DNA from: Octopus vulgaris
Lineage: Eukaryota
NCBI GenBank assembly: GCA_951406725.2
Contig: OX597816.1
Coordinates: forward strand, 558,001 to 622,000
Direction of reading: 5' to 3'
DNA: 64,000 nucleotides
The notes under the pieces are model-generated. The model was not told the origin of the DNA. It made no database searches and saw only the letters and a program-made list of their open reading frames with translations. This document shows positions 28,420-41,840 of this stretch, one piece after another. The first letter of the stretch is position 1, and every line of letters begins with the position of its first letter. The position numbers were made by a program, and so were the translations under genes.

Positions 28420-30118
28420 AAAGCTCTTCAGGTGACACTTCTTCTTCAGGTGTTTTAGGGGATGTCGTATTTTCATGCAAGGCTTTCTTGGTGCACTTAA
28501 GGAACAAGTTGCAGTCATTGTTTCTTCATGGTGATGAGAGTTTTATATGTCTGCATGGCAGCATTGATGGCATTTTCCAATCGGAGTGACTGAACCATAT
28601 AGAGATCCCATGCTTCTGCTTTTCCTTTGCTGTTGTTAAAAGGTCGGACAGACATTCAGTTGCTTGGCCCATCTCATCTTCATCTTCCTCTGGATCTAGC
28701 ACTTCCTCTTCCTCTTTGATGGCAGGCTTCGTTAACTCAAACAAATCTTTGTCTGTCAGGGTTTCACAGAGGGCATCACTGAGGTTGTTGACTTTATCTT
28801 GCATTGTTGACAGCCTCATGCTGAATACCTTCAGGTGAGAAGCCCTCGTAGTCTTCAGCACACTCTGGCCACATCTTCCAGCATGCGATGAGGGTTCTTT
28901 TTTTACATGTCTTTAAGAGCAGCATGGATGACTGTCGGGCACATTGCAATCATGACATTACACCAGTACTGCTTCAACTTGAAATTCTCATCTGAATCCA
29001 TTGCATCCACAAGGTGCTGGAGAGTTCCAAATTTGAAGTGCCTTGAAGGCACAGATCATGCCTTGATCCATAAGCTGGATGAGGGAGGTGGTGTTATCAG
29101 GGAGGAACTCAACTGGTGTCCTTTGTGATTCAAATCCAAAGAGTGACCTCCAGCATTATCTATAACAAGCAACACCTTGAATTCCATGCATACATTTTGG
29201 AGGTATTCCTTGGCTTGAGGGATGAAGCATTGGTGGAACCAATTCAAAGTTACACTTTTGGTAATCCAGGCCTTGGGGTTGTGCATCCAGTGGAGAGGCA
29301 GCAGGTTTTTATTCTTACTTTTGAAGACCCTCAGTTTCGTGAACTTGTAGATAAATCCTGGTTTCATCAAGAAGTCAGCAGTGGTGCCACATATAATTAG
29401 CATCACTCTCTCCGTCTGTACTTTAGATCTTGGTGCTCTGGCTTAGTCCTTCATGATGTATGTTGTGGAAGGCATCTTCTTCCAGAACAAGCCAGTCTTA
29501 TCCATATTGTAAACCTGTTCTGGCTTGTATCCCTTGTCCTCAATGATCTGCTTGAAGGTCTTAAGGTACTTCTCGGCAGCCTCTTTGTCAGCTGATGCTG
29601 TCTCTCCATCCAGGGAAACACACTTTATGTTAAACCATTTCTGGAAACGGTCAAACCATCCCTTGCTTACTTTGAAAATCTTCGGGCTCTGGTGTTGTCA
29701 ATGGTCATGGTTGCAGTACTTCGGTGCCTTCTGCTCCGTCTCCTCTGTCAAACTGCTGGTATAATTTCGGTGCTTTCTCACGAATGATGTTACCACTCAA
29801 GGGGATGTTTTTCTTCTTGCAGTCACTGATCCACAATGCCAAGGTAGATTCCATCCTGAGAAGGTGCTTGTTTCTCACTGTCGTTATCTTTTTTGGCACT
29901 TTCACAGAAACATACTGCTACGGTAGTCCTGATCGCCACCTTGTTCTTCTTTATGTAGTGTATGGTGCTTTCGTTGACAACATAATAGCAACCTACTGCA
30001 GCATAACTTCCAGAACATATCCAGCAGTTGTCCCTTCTCATGGAGTGTCATAAGCTTTTTCTGGTGCTTAGATTCATTGCCAGAAACCTTAGAAGATGAA
30101 GGGCATTTGGGTGGCATC
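28420..30118 (-). mobile_element. pogo/Tigger (TIGD1-like) transposase pseudogene
   Basis: Frameshifted domains in order: HTH-psq (KKLMTLHEKGQLLDM), CENP-B HTH (MESTLALWISDCKKKNIPLSGNIIREKA; SKGWFDRFQK) and DDE (YNMDKTGLFWKKMPSTTY; HWMHNPKAWIT; VLLVIDNAGGH). Confidence 0.88.
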
Positions 30119-30788
30119 TTAGGACTTTGTCGGCTGTGGGGTCACTCTGAAAAGCTCTATCTGCGACGATTTCATCTCAGTCGAAGGAGAGGGGCTTTCT
30201 CTGTCTGGTTGCGGATCCGTATAATAAGCTGCCGGACGAGATAGTGAAGATGCCGATGACTGCTCGGTTCAAAGACTCTCTTGACCAGAAATGGCCTGAA
30301 CTCTTTGCATGAACACCCTCCCTGTACATAACTCCATGTCCCCCTACATGGCCTTGCTTTTGCTTTTTGAGCCAAAAAATTAACTTAACTTAATAACACC
30401 CTGCAAAAAACACATCACTTAACAAAATACTCAAGATAGCTACTGGATGCAGTTTTCCCCAAAACACCTACAAAATCTTCCTTTCAACTAATATGCGCAT
30501 AATACTAATGGGAGATTGAGCAGAGATTAAAAATAATCATGGTTTTGAAAGATTTAGTTTGTATTACTATAATAATGAGAGAGACTAGCAAGTAACCTAA
30601 TTTCCATGAGGCTATATTGGCTGACAACCTTAAAAACGATCCTGTTGAAATAAACAATGTGTATGATCAAATGTAGTGATGATTTTTTAAAAAAGCGCTT
30701 GTATGAAATTAACATTCAGTCTTGTGTTGTATATATCTTTAATCTGTAGTCGCTAGCCCAGTAATACTGGTGCTATATACTGTTTATA

Positions 30789-31025
30789 TAGGGGTTGGAC
30801 AAAATAAGGGAAATACACAGCATCATAATTTTGAAATATCTGTAAAACCATCAAAATCTTGTTTATTTTTATGTTTTATGATTTATTATTATAGTTGCTC
30901 AATATGTTTTGCTAAAATTGCTGTTTCTTTTCAGATATTTTCAGAAAAAGGTAATTAAAATGACAGATCTATAGGACTTTCAAAGAGGTCAAATTGTTGG
31001 TGTATCAAGAACTGTCTCAAAAGTA
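30789..31025 (+). mobile_element. Tc1-like transposon 5' fragment
   Basis: TIR-like TAGGGGTTGGACAAAATAAGGGAAA after TA, followed by a transposase start MTDL*DFQRGQIVG. Confidence 0.6.
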
Positions 31026-32764
31026 CAGCAAGAGAGGGAGAGAGTGTATGCGTGAAATATAGATAGATGTTGCTATACTAATTAGCAAGCTTTGATTGAA
31101 AGCAGGAATAAGAGCTACAAAATACAGTGTACTTGTATCTAAAACAATCAAGTGATGTAATACGCAGCTATTCTATTCAAAGGGAGCTTCAACTGCGAAG
31201 GGGTGTCTAGTAAGCCAGCAAATACAGTATATTATTAATAATTTAGCCTTAAATAGCATGAAAAATATATATTGTCATGAAAAATGCCATAAACAATTAC
31301 AGACGATATTTACAATTCCATGAATATGCAGTGGTTTCCACATACAATTATTAGTTCCGTGAATAACCAGGACCACAAATGACGAATAAGTAGGTGTAAA
31401 CTCTCTCTCCCCCTGTATATATATATATATCTCACCATCATCTTTTAACGCCCAGCTTCCATGTTGGCAAGGCTTATATTATCATTTAATGTCTGTTTTC
31501 CAAGCTAACATGGGTTGGATGGTTTAACAGGAGCTGGCAAGTCAGGAGAGCAGCACCATGCTCACTGTTTTGTCATGGTTTCTATGGCTAGATGCCCTCT
31601 CTAACACCAACCATTTTGTAAAGTGTATTGAGTGCTGTTTACAGGGCACCAACACAGCTGCTCTTAACATGGCACTGACACAGGTGCTGTTTACAAGGTA
31701 CCAAAACAGGTGCTTTTTACATGGCATCAGCACCCAGGGCTCACAAGACAATGACCTCTTGGTTAAAAGAGGGGAGTCGAACCAAGAGATTAGAATATGA
31801 CAGAAGTCACCTGCTTACTATTGAGGAGAGGCAAGTGGAAGAGAGTAAAAGGGACTCCCTACAGATAACAATGGGTGTAGTATAAGTAGTCCATAGGGGA
31901 TTGAGGGGGATGTTCCATAAGAGGGTGATGAAAGATGTTTAGAGATAGCAAAGATAAGTGATGTTGAGAGGAATTGGAAGTGTCTGGGAGGGGTATGGTA
32001 GGTGTGTAAGGGCATGGAGAGAGTGTAGGTAGGCACATGAGGGAGAATGGTGGGGGTGTGGAAGAGTTTGATAGAAGACAGCATTATGTGTGAGGGGAGA
32101 GGCATGGCCAAAAAGGACATGCCTCTATGTATGGGTGGCCACGATTCTATTTAGCCTGAGATGTCTTCTCCTATACATATATATATATAATCTTACATAT
32201 TTTATTTTCAATCTACAGAAGTTACAAAGTAACTGAAGGGCCAAGAGTTTCATGCATACTACTTGTTAAACATGAAACTCACAACCTACTGATTAAAAAT
32301 AAACTACTTATGTTTTGAGTTCTATTTATCCTGTTTGTACTGTCAACCTGATATGGGAGACACACACTCACAGAACTATACATGAAAGGTTCTGTGTCAA
32401 ATGATAGATTTAGCAGTTATATAGTGGTTAGCTTTTTTTTAGATATCTGATTACACACCTTTTTGGTCTGTTCTAAATAATTCACTTGACAAAACTGGTT
32501 ACTTAGGAAACCGAAGACTAGCATTACTCTGGTTGCCACTTAGATGCCAAAGTCAAAAACCAAAGGGCTATTGTCATTTGAAATGCTATATTGTCTTAAA
32601 ATAACATTTATTAATGAAGTGTTCTATAAATACTCACAAAGAAAACAAAAAACTATTGTGTTAACATCTACTTTCTGTGCAATAACGCTTGTCAAGGAAG
32701 AAACTTTCATGTGTATATTCTTTAAGCATGCTGACTTCCTGCTTGAATTTTATATAAATGAAAG

Positions 32765-33165
32765 TGCAGACGTGACTGTGTGGTTAAATAATTAGTTTTC
32801 CAGCCATGTGGTTTGAGGTTCAATCCCACAGTATGGCACTTTTGGCAAGTACCTTCTACTAAAATCCCAAGCTATCCAAAGCTTTGTGAGTGGAATAGGT
32901 ACATGGAAACTGAAAGAAGCTTGTTGTATATGTGTGTTTGTGTATTCTTGTGACATGCAGTAGGAATCACACAAGCATCACTCTCATAACAAGCAATGTC
33001 CTTCATTTCCCATCTTTCATGGGAATATGTCTGGCTGTGCAGAAGTATTACCTTGCTTAGAAACAGGTGAAGGCAGATGACAGGAAGGGATACAAACTGT
33101 AGAAAATCACTCGACAAATTGTCTGATCTATGCAAGCATGGAAAAGTAGATGTTAAGAGGATAAT
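32765..33165 (+). mobile_element. tRNA-derived SINE family B (family-A head with RTE-derived tail)
   Basis: Head and body as family A; the 3' end CAGGAAGGGA...GCAAGCATGGAAAAGTAGATGTTAAG matches the RTE LINE tail. Confidence 0.65.
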
Positions 33166-33423
33166 GAAGAGAGGAAGAGGGAGGACAGAACAAACAGAAG
33201 CCAGCAAGATTGGATCTCCTCAGATTTCTTTCATGTTTCTCTTACTCTAGCTACTCTCTTCACAATCACTTCCATCATCAATTAGGGCGATTAGATAACT
33301 GAAACAGAATAGTAAGGTGTGTTGTGGGGGATCAACAGGAAATGCATTCCAGTATTATTGACTGTTAAGGAGGAAGTTCTGTTATCATGTTTTACAACAT
33401 AGCTGTAAGAACTTTAAATGAGC

Positions 33424-33459
<36 letters not shown>

Positions 33460-33544
33460 AAGCAAATAAGTAACAAGGATACTGCCCAGGCACTGTGTCT
33501 CTTTTGGCATGGTTTCTACAGCTGGATGCCCTTCTTAATGCCAA

Positions 33545-34030
33545 TCATATCCTTAATTGCTCTATCTGTCACACTGTTGTCGACTCTGACACCTGGTGCC
33601 TTAGTTGGATTGATGTTAGGAAGGCTCTCCTTCTCCCATGCATTCTCCACATTTAGCAACCTTTCATAGTGGCACTTCCATGCCTCTTTCTTCTCAGAAT
33701 CCCTAAGTGTAAATGTACCATTATCCATTTGTACACACTTCTCATCCACAACATCTCAATTCTCTCTGATACACTGTCTTGCAATCCAGAACACATCTCA
33801 TCTCTGACCCTTATGTTATAAGACATTGGCAAACCTCTTCTTCCTTTCCTCTTCTGCTCTTGCTAGATGAACCTGACACCAAGCTTCCCTTTTCGCTACC
33901 TCCATTTTCCTATTCTTTCCAAACCCATCTCTTCTCTTTTATGACCATGTCAGCCTCACTCTTCCACTGCTATGTCACCCTTGGTCTGACAGAAACTTTG
34001 CTCCAGCTGCACATTTGATCTGTCAGCCTT
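33545..34030 (-). mobile_element. RTE LINE internal fragment
   Basis: EKCVQMDNGTFTLRDSEKKEAWKCHYERLLNVENAW is homologous to ORF 38518-39357. Confidence 0.75.
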
Positions 34031-34054
34031 AGTAGGTTGTCTCATACTCATGCA

Positions 34055-34085
<31 letters not shown>

Positions 34086-36729
34086 TTCAATTCTTCTGTG
34101 AGTCTTTCTCTCTCACTCTGTGTGGAGTGTTCCTTTATTTGTTGCCTGCCACCAAGTCTTGTATGTGCACACATTATGTATGTCTTATATTAACTCTCTC
34201 TGTACCTCTCTTTTATTCTCCATCTCCTCTCTTTATATGATGTAAAGCATGAATGGAGGAAACAACCATCCAACCGGCCAGCTGATGTTCATAGAGGCTA
34301 TTATTAAACAGAGATGCCATAAAGATAGCTGTTTGTCACCAAAAGAATTTTGGATGATATCTTCTACTAACAAATTTCTTTGTTGGAGTTTATTTAACAT
34401 TAAGTATTCTAATTTTGTATAATTATTGTTTTCCAAAATATGTGAAGTCTAATTATATGAATTATAGGGGATTATTTAAACACTTTGACAATCTATTATC
34501 CATTCAGGTATAAATTTCAACTGCCCTTAAACTTAAAAAAGTGGGCTAAGGGAACTAACTCAAGTTGGCTATTGGTACGAATTAAGATAATTCAGGTAGA
34601 TGGCAATGTATTGAATGATGTATGCAAAAAACTTCTTAACGAGTTGAAATTTGCTTTTTAGTTGGAAAAAAAAAATGAACCTGGAAGTCACATGACAGTT
34701 ATTAGCAACACTCAAAGTAGAGGGGAGATAACTTCAAGAAAATGAATAATTTCACAGGAAACTGTAAATCTTGATGGTTTGGTTGGTGGCTTTATGTCAG
34801 ACATGTTTGAATCTTATTCTACGTCAGCAGAACAATGCCTTCTCAACCCTGTTTTAATCAGTGGACAAATATTTTTTACAAGTAGAAAATGAGGCAGATT
34901 TTTCTGTGAAATGACAATTTCTTTGAGACTATCTCTCTTTTTTTTCTGAGAATTAGAGACAATTGTGACTATGTTTTTTTTTTTTACACCCAACAAAGAG
35001 ACAAGTTTCAATTATATTAACAATGTTTTGCCTACACCCTTTGGTTACATCACAATCTATCTGCATTGTCCTTAAAGATAACCTACTATTGAATACATTT
35101 GTAAAAACATGGACATGCCATTCTTTAACACTCCATTCAGGGGCTAAAACAAAAAAAATGACTTCATGTATTGACTATAAGTTTCTTGGAGGGAGTCCAA
35201 AACTCTCTAGAATATGTATATTGTAATTATGTGATGAGAATAGAAAGGGATTTCTTTATTTCTTTATTTTTAGTCAAATACAAACTGCCACATTACATCC
35301 TTTTTCATAACTAATTTGTTTTGCACATAATCTCTACTTTTTATCTCTTATCCAAACTGTAGTCTTGATCTTTTAACATATGTGCAAACATACTTTATTA
35401 ATCATGTTTTCAGAAATTATTTTCATTGAAAATACTGCCAGCTGGTTTCCATCACAATATTTTCATTCTTTTTCACTCCTACATTCAAAATATCTCTCTT
35501 TTGCTTTCAGGGGGGGGGGGGGGACAAAAATATTGTAAAACTAGGAACTATGGCTATTCTGAAAATGTATTTTACTATTTTTATCATTTGTTTTTTTTTG
35601 CTCAAATTATTTACAAACAATTATTATCTTATTGCAAAATAAAATGTGTATTAAAATGAATAGGGATCTATTTATTTGCTAAGACATGACATTCTTACTA
35701 ATGCAAACCCCTTTAAAAACAAGCAACAAGCTTGTGAAATAATATGCTATAACATACTTGATATAAGTAAAAAAGAAGCAAGATAGGATTCTGGCAACAG
35801 CAGATTTAGCAACCTTTTTAATACCAATCTGTCTGAGATTGCCCTTGATTCTATGATACAAAAACCTTCCACCAAAATTCATGTTAACCCCTTCATTACC
35901 ATATTTCTGTTGAAATACACTGCTTTTGTTTCAAATAATTTTGAAAATAATGAATTTACTAAAATCACTATTGTAATTAAGCTGGCGTTTGGAATATAAC
36001 AAAGAATTTTGTTTGAAAGTTTTAATTTAGATCACTTTAACACTGGATGTTTCTACCATAGAACCATGGACAGTTTCAAGTAGGGTGATATTAAATGGGT
36101 TAGTGTTCCAGACATCATCTTAATAATGGCTAGGTTATTTTACTAAATTCTTCTTTTTTTTTTTTCAAAATTAATTCAAACAAAAGCAGTGTTTCAACAG
36201 AAATATTGCAACAAAAGTGTTAAAGAAAAAATATTTCTATGAAATTTTTAAAATTCCCTTCATTATTCTACTTTTCTTTCTGTCATATTTATTTGTAGAA
36301 TTAGATTAAAATTTTTATCAGGAGTTCTTAATATAGTTTCTATAATTATTGTGGCAATGTTGAAGTATTCACAGAAATATTTTGTAATTTTTAAAGAATT
36401 ATGGATAACAGGAGTTGCTTATATTTTATTATCTTCACATGTACACATCATCTAGGGATGGGATAATGACTTGATACAAGATTAAATACCAGCCTTATAC
36501 CCTGTTAAGGTCTCTAGAAGGCCTTATTTTTATTACCTTTTTGACAGCTATACAGTTGCTATTTATTCAATTAACTTCATTTCAGTGCAATCTCAACTAA
36601 CAAACTTCCCTTTCATTTTCAAACAGAAATAAATGCATCAGATCAGTGTCTGAGGCAATTTGGCAGACTGGAAATGAAAGAAGCCCATCGTTCATAGACA
36701 CACACAGAGATTAATGTTTGTTTGTATCA

Positions 36730-37388
36730 TCACCATCATCATGATTAACATCCATTTTCCATGCTAGCTGAAGAGTTGCCCATGTTTCATGTCTGTTTTG
36801 GCATGGTTTTTACAGCTGAATGCCCTTCCTAACACCAACCACTTTACAGAGTGTACTGGATGCTTTAACGCAGTGCCCGCAAGATTAGGATCACTCAGCT
36901 AAAGTGGGATGCAAGGGACATGCCTGTATGCTAGAACAACCATGATTTCACGTAGCTTGATGTGTTTTCTCAAGCACAGCAAACAATCAGAAGTCTTGGT
37001 CCTTTCTCATCCCTCCATGAGACCCAACATCTCAATATCCTCTTTCACCACTTCATCCCACATCTTCCTGGGTTTACTCCTTCCATGTTTTCCCTCCACA
37101 ATTAGAGATTGATGCTTCTTGATGCAACCGTCTTCATCCATATACATCGTATGACTATACTAGCAATCATCTCTCCTGCACGCTACATCTCATGCTTCAT
37201 ATACCCAGTTTTTCTCTCAAATCACTTACACTCTGTCATATATGCACACTGACATTAGCTATGCAGCAGAGCATGCTAGCTTCATTTCTTTCAGGCCTCT
37301 ATATGTCCTCAGTAGTCACAGCCCATGTCTCACTGCCATGTAATGTAGCTTTTTATACACAGGCATCATACAATCTGCTTTTCACTGA
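36730..37388 (-). mobile_element. Older RTE LINE 3' end
   Basis: RLYDACV..LHGSETWAVTTED motif plus the family 3' tail ending in (TGA)n. Confidence 0.75.
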
Positions 37389-37528
37389 AGTTGAGCCTTA
37401 TGACTGGTAACAGAAGTAGTTTTTTACATTAAAGCAAAGGATTACTCAGTACAATTGGTAGAGTGCACCTGATGAAAGCTTGGCTGGCCAAAACTTCAAA
37501 GTTACTGTCAATAATGTTCTTGTTAAAG

Positions 37529-37577
<49 letters not shown>

Positions 37578-37578
37578 T

Positions 37579-37800
37579 AGGGTGTATGAAAAGTCTTGAG
37601 CCTCAAAAAAAACAAAACATGGTACAAGACTTCTGATGACTTATTTTTCAATATAGTCCCCCTTCATGGATGAACATTTTCTCCAGTGGTGCTAAAGTGC
37701 CATTATCCCAGTGTAGAAGAACTCTTTTGTTTGAGACTCCAACAAACTTCCTACAGCATCTATGACATTATTGTCACTGGCAGAATGGCAACCAACCAGG
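37579..37800 (-). mobile_element. mariner 3' end fragment
   Basis: Minus-strand DNNVIDAVGSLLESQTKEFFYTGIMAL*HHWRKC..KGDYIEK* is a typical mariner C-terminus. Confidence 0.7.
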
Positions 37801-37811
37801 GCTTTTTTCTA

Positions 37812-39480
37812 ACTTTTACTCTAAGCGAGAGGCCCTTTGTCACTAGCAGAGGTAAGAGCTCTCTGAACTTTGCCAGGCTATTCTTATTCTAGCAGCTACA
37901 CTTTCAGCACACCCTTCCCTGCTACTGACTTTGTAACCTAGGTAATGGAAGTTGTCAACTACTTCTAGTTTTTCTCCCTGGAATGTGGAAGTTGTTCTCT
38001 GCACATTTTCAGTGTTTATTGCTCCTGAGCATCTGCCACATACAAAAACTATCTTCCTAGTTAGCCTTCCTTTGACATTGCTGCACCTCTTATGTGTCCA
38101 TAGCTTACACTGGGTACATCTTATAGAGTTTCTACCTACGCCTTTTCTACAGATCGGGCAGGGCCATCTACCTGAAGGGATTTGTGGTTTGTCTGCCTTC
38201 CTATTTATTAGGACTTTGGTTTTAGCAAGGTTGACTCTTAGGCCCTTCGATTCTAATCCTTGCTTCCACACCTGAAACTTCTTCTCTAGTTCTGATAGTG
38301 ATTCAGCAATTAGTGCTAAGTCATCAGCGTAGAGGAGCTCCCAGGAGCATCCTGTCTTGAATTTCTCTGTTATTGCCTGGAGGATTATATGAGGGGGCTG
38401 AGGTCTGATCCTTGGTGGACCCCTACCTCTACTCGGAATTCTTCACTGTACTTGTTGCCTACACTCACCTTACTGACAGCATCCCTGTACACGGCTTGCA
38501 CAGCTCTCACTAACCATTCATCTATCCCTAGTTTCCTCATTGACCACCAGATAAGGGATCAGGGCGACCCTGTCAAAGGCGTTCTCTATGTTAATGAAAG
38601 CCAGGTGCAGAGGTTTATCTTTGGCTAGGTATTTCTCCTGCAGCTGTCTTAACAGGAATATAGCATCAGTGGTGCTTTTCCCTGGCATGAACCCAAACTG
38701 CATCTCATCTAGACTGACTCTTTCTCTAATTAGTTGGGATGTGACCTTTATTACCTGATCCAACAGCTTGATACTCCTGTAGTTATTTGTATCTAATGTG
38801 TCACCATTACCTTTGTAGCAGTTGACTATGGTGCTGCTACACCAGTCAGTGGGTATGACTCCTTCGTGTATCACCTTGTTAACTATATGGGTGACTAGGC
38901 TATAGCCGATACTGCCAGATATTTTGAGCATCTCTGCAGTGATTCCTGATGGGCCGGGAGCTTTCCCTGTCTTCATACTCTTAATTGCTTTATCTACCAA
39001 GGTACTGTCAACTTGGATAGCTGGTCCCTCAGTTGGGTCGACATTTGACAGACTCTCTTTATCCCATTCATTTTCTTTATTCAGCAACCTTTCATAGTGG
39101 CATCTCCAAACCTCTCTCTTTGCATCCTCATTTAGCGCAAGTGAACCATCATCCATGCAGACACATTTCTCTTCTACGACATCACAATTCTCTCTCACAC
39201 ACCGTCTTGCAACACGAAATACCTCAAGTCTTTGGTCCTCACAGCACAGAACATTGGCAAATTTTTTCTTATCTGCTTCCCCTCTGTCTAAATAAACCTG
39301 TCTCCTAGCTTCCCTTCTGGCAGCCTGATACAATTCCCTGCTACCACCATCCTTCAAGCCTGTTTCTTTTCTCTAACAGCCCTGTCAACAACATTGTTCC
39401 ACCACCACATTATTTTGGGTCGAAAGCGGACATTGCACCATCCACAGATCTGGTCAGTGGCCCTCAGTAGGTTGTTCCAT
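37812..39480 (-). mobile_element. RTE LINE reverse transcriptase region (frameshifted)
   Basis: ORFs 38518-39357 (GKAPGPSGITAEMLK, NYRSIKLL, QFGFMPGKSTTDAIF, AFDRV) and 37843-38271, plus WELLYADD. Closely similar to 51240-52340. Confidence 0.92.
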
Positions 39481-39721
39481 CGAAACTGTGCCTAGTTGTG
39501 GATTAGAAACATGTTTGGCAATGGGAAAATATTACCTTGCTTAGAAATAGTTGAGGATTGGTAACAGGAAAGGCATCAGGCTGCAGAAAATTTAACTTAA
39601 TGAATTCTATTTGACCCATGCAAACATGGAAATAGTAAACATTGAAACAGTGATGATGATGATGATGATGGTGGTGGTGTGTATGAAGCATCTAGTAATA
39701 ATTAGTGCTTGAAAAATTGTG

Positions 39722-40046
39722 GTGAGGAGCTGGGAGAAGCATTGAGACGTTGGGCGAAATGCTCAGCAACATTTCATCTGTCATCTTGTTCTGAATTCAA
39801 ATTCCACTGAGGTTAACTTTGCCTTTCATCCTTTCGAGGTTGATGAAATAAGTACCATTTGAACCCTGGGGTCAATGTAATTGACTTACCCACTGACCCA
39901 AAACTGCAGGCCTTGTGTCAGAATTTGAAATCATTTCATTTCATCCTTTTGAGATCAATAAAGATAAGTACCAGTTGCACACTGGGGTTGATGTAATTGA
40001 CTCAGCCCCTCCCCCCAAATTGTGGCCTTGTGCCAAAATTTGAAAC
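39722..40046 (+). mobile_element. tRNA-derived SINE family D with tandemly duplicated 3' half; inverted copy at ~44810-45020
   Basis: Central GCCTTTCATCCTTTCGAGGTTGATGAAATAAGTACC motif occurs twice. I recall it resembling a conserved SINE central domain (Meta-type); this needs a Dfam/RepBase check. Confidence 0.65.
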
Positions 40047-41581
40047 CCAGTATTTGTGATTGAAATGTTGTTTTGACATTCCATATCGTTCTGATGAAAT
40101 AACATGTGCAAAAAAGTCTTTTAATGACTATCAACCTGTGAGTAGCAATTTTTGTGGTATATCTAATGTTTTGAAATTGTAACAAGGTGGCAGTAAAGTG
40201 TGATAGTAAAAGAAAAACAGGCAATAGTTTAAAAAAATAAAGAATTTGCAAAGTACCTCATCTAGATTCTAAATTTATTTTGTATACAAAAATGTTTAAT
40301 CATCAGTGCACATTCACCAGGGCTGTTGCCTCCTCCTGTTTTTCCGTGCTATTATGGGTTTGATGGATCTGTCTCGATCCTTTGCTATCTGATACAAAAT
40401 AAAGATAACTCTGCCAGACCTTACTGTTGTGAATGACATACTTTTGGCAAGGATGTCTTATCACTTGACCACTTTGCAGTGTAGACTGGGGGGTCACTAG
40501 AACAACTCCAAGCAGATGTAAGATGATGACAACGATAATGATCACAGCAGTGACGATAGCAGCATAATCATGTGGAATTCATGCTTCACTTTTAAGCATC
40601 AGTTACCATGTTATACCTCTACCTTACTAGAACTGAATGAAGTCTCCCAACAGTTGAAAACAGTTTTGCAGTTTCAATATGTTTAGTTCATTCAGTTAAC
40701 CTCAATTACTATTGATATCTATGTTACCAAACAAGGAGAAATTGTTATTGTGTAGCAAAATCATAAACAGGATTGTTTGCTATTTTATGATCATTTGCTC
40801 TGCTGCTTTAAACCTTATATTTTCACTGTTTTCTCTCAACTTTCCTTAAGTAGTCAATAACAGAATTGTAAGAACCTTGGACGAAAATGCCATATAGTAT
40901 TTCTTCCAACTCTTTACATTCTGAGTTCAGATCTGACCTTCCATTTTTCTGGGGTTGATATCAAATAAGTAATATTCAAGTATTTGGACTTTTTTAATCT
41001 GCTACAAATCAGGAGTTGGAATTCTTAAATTAATCCAACATTGTCTTCATTCTAAAGACAGTGGTGTCAAACTGTATCAGCTTTTGATCTTGACTTTCAC
41101 TGGACAACATCAGTAGTGTGATTTGAGGACAATTGCAGCTTTTCCATACAACTCTTACCCAAGCCTACAGCCTGAAGTGGAGGAAACACCAGTAACACCT
41201 AACCATGTTCTAGCAACATAGACTGTAGCTAGATTTTTTTTGTTGTTTTTTCTGTTTTTAGGTACACATTCATAAATCCATGAGACATGCAGATCCCAAA
41301 CATATCCTCTTTCCTTGAGGGACTTTCTAAACGCTATGTTTTATGCATTTTTTAAAAACTTATATTTTATCTGTCAGGTACAGTGAAGCGAGCAAAGTTA
41401 TGTATCTTGCTCAAAGTTACAGAACAAAAAGTGTAACCATTTGGGAGCAATAGCTCAACACCTCTGTCTCGCTGCAATACCAATATTTGCCTTCATATCT
41501 AATTAAGAAATTACTGTTGTTATCATTATTGTTTATTCTTATATGTCTTACCAGTTATTATTGTAAAAATTCCTCTTTCAG

Positions 41582-41840
41582 CTATGATGTCCGGACTAAC
41601 CATTGGCTACTTTTCGCTCGACATGCTCAATTTACTGACTTTAAGGGCTGGAGGTACACCGAAAGAACAGAAATATGCTAACATTATTATTCCTCTAGTG
41701 AAGAGACGACATCTTTTACTTGTTACACTATTGCTGACAAATTCAGCAGCGGTAGAGGCAATGCCCATCTTCTTGAATTATATATCTGACCCTGTAACTG
41801 CAATTATCACTTCAACAACTGGTGTCCTTATCTTTGGAGA
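41582..41840 (+). CDS. CNNM/CorB-family (DUF21 transmembrane domain) metal transporter, internal coding exon A
   Basis: Pyrimidine-rich acceptor tcctctttcag|CT at 41581/41582 and donor GA|gtgagt at 41840/41841. Encodes MMSGLTIGYFSLDMLNL...YANIIIPLVKRRHLLLVTLLLTNSAAVEAMPIFL...STTGVLIFG(E), the DUF21 signature (SGLTxG..LD, LLxTLLLxN, FGE). Confidence 0.93.

Noticed and set aside
28420-30118. Domesticated TIGD1-like host gene
   Set aside because: Multiple frameshifts and stops show it is a dead transposase.
34230-35000. Possible piggyBac transposase remnant (HFDNLLS...)
   Set aside because: Only one weak motif with frequent stops; not supportable.
36730-39480. Single RTE split by the 37390-37810 insertions
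   Set aside because: The breakpoints are near-contiguous in family coordinates, but the left piece is much more diverged from the 50.8-52.3 kb copy than the right piece. They are more likely separate insertions.
40303-40545. 80-aa ORF with a hydrophobic N-terminus (secreted peptide?)
   Set aside because: Non-ATG start; the hydrophobic part derives from a degenerate (ATC)n simple repeat, with no recognisable motif or splice support.
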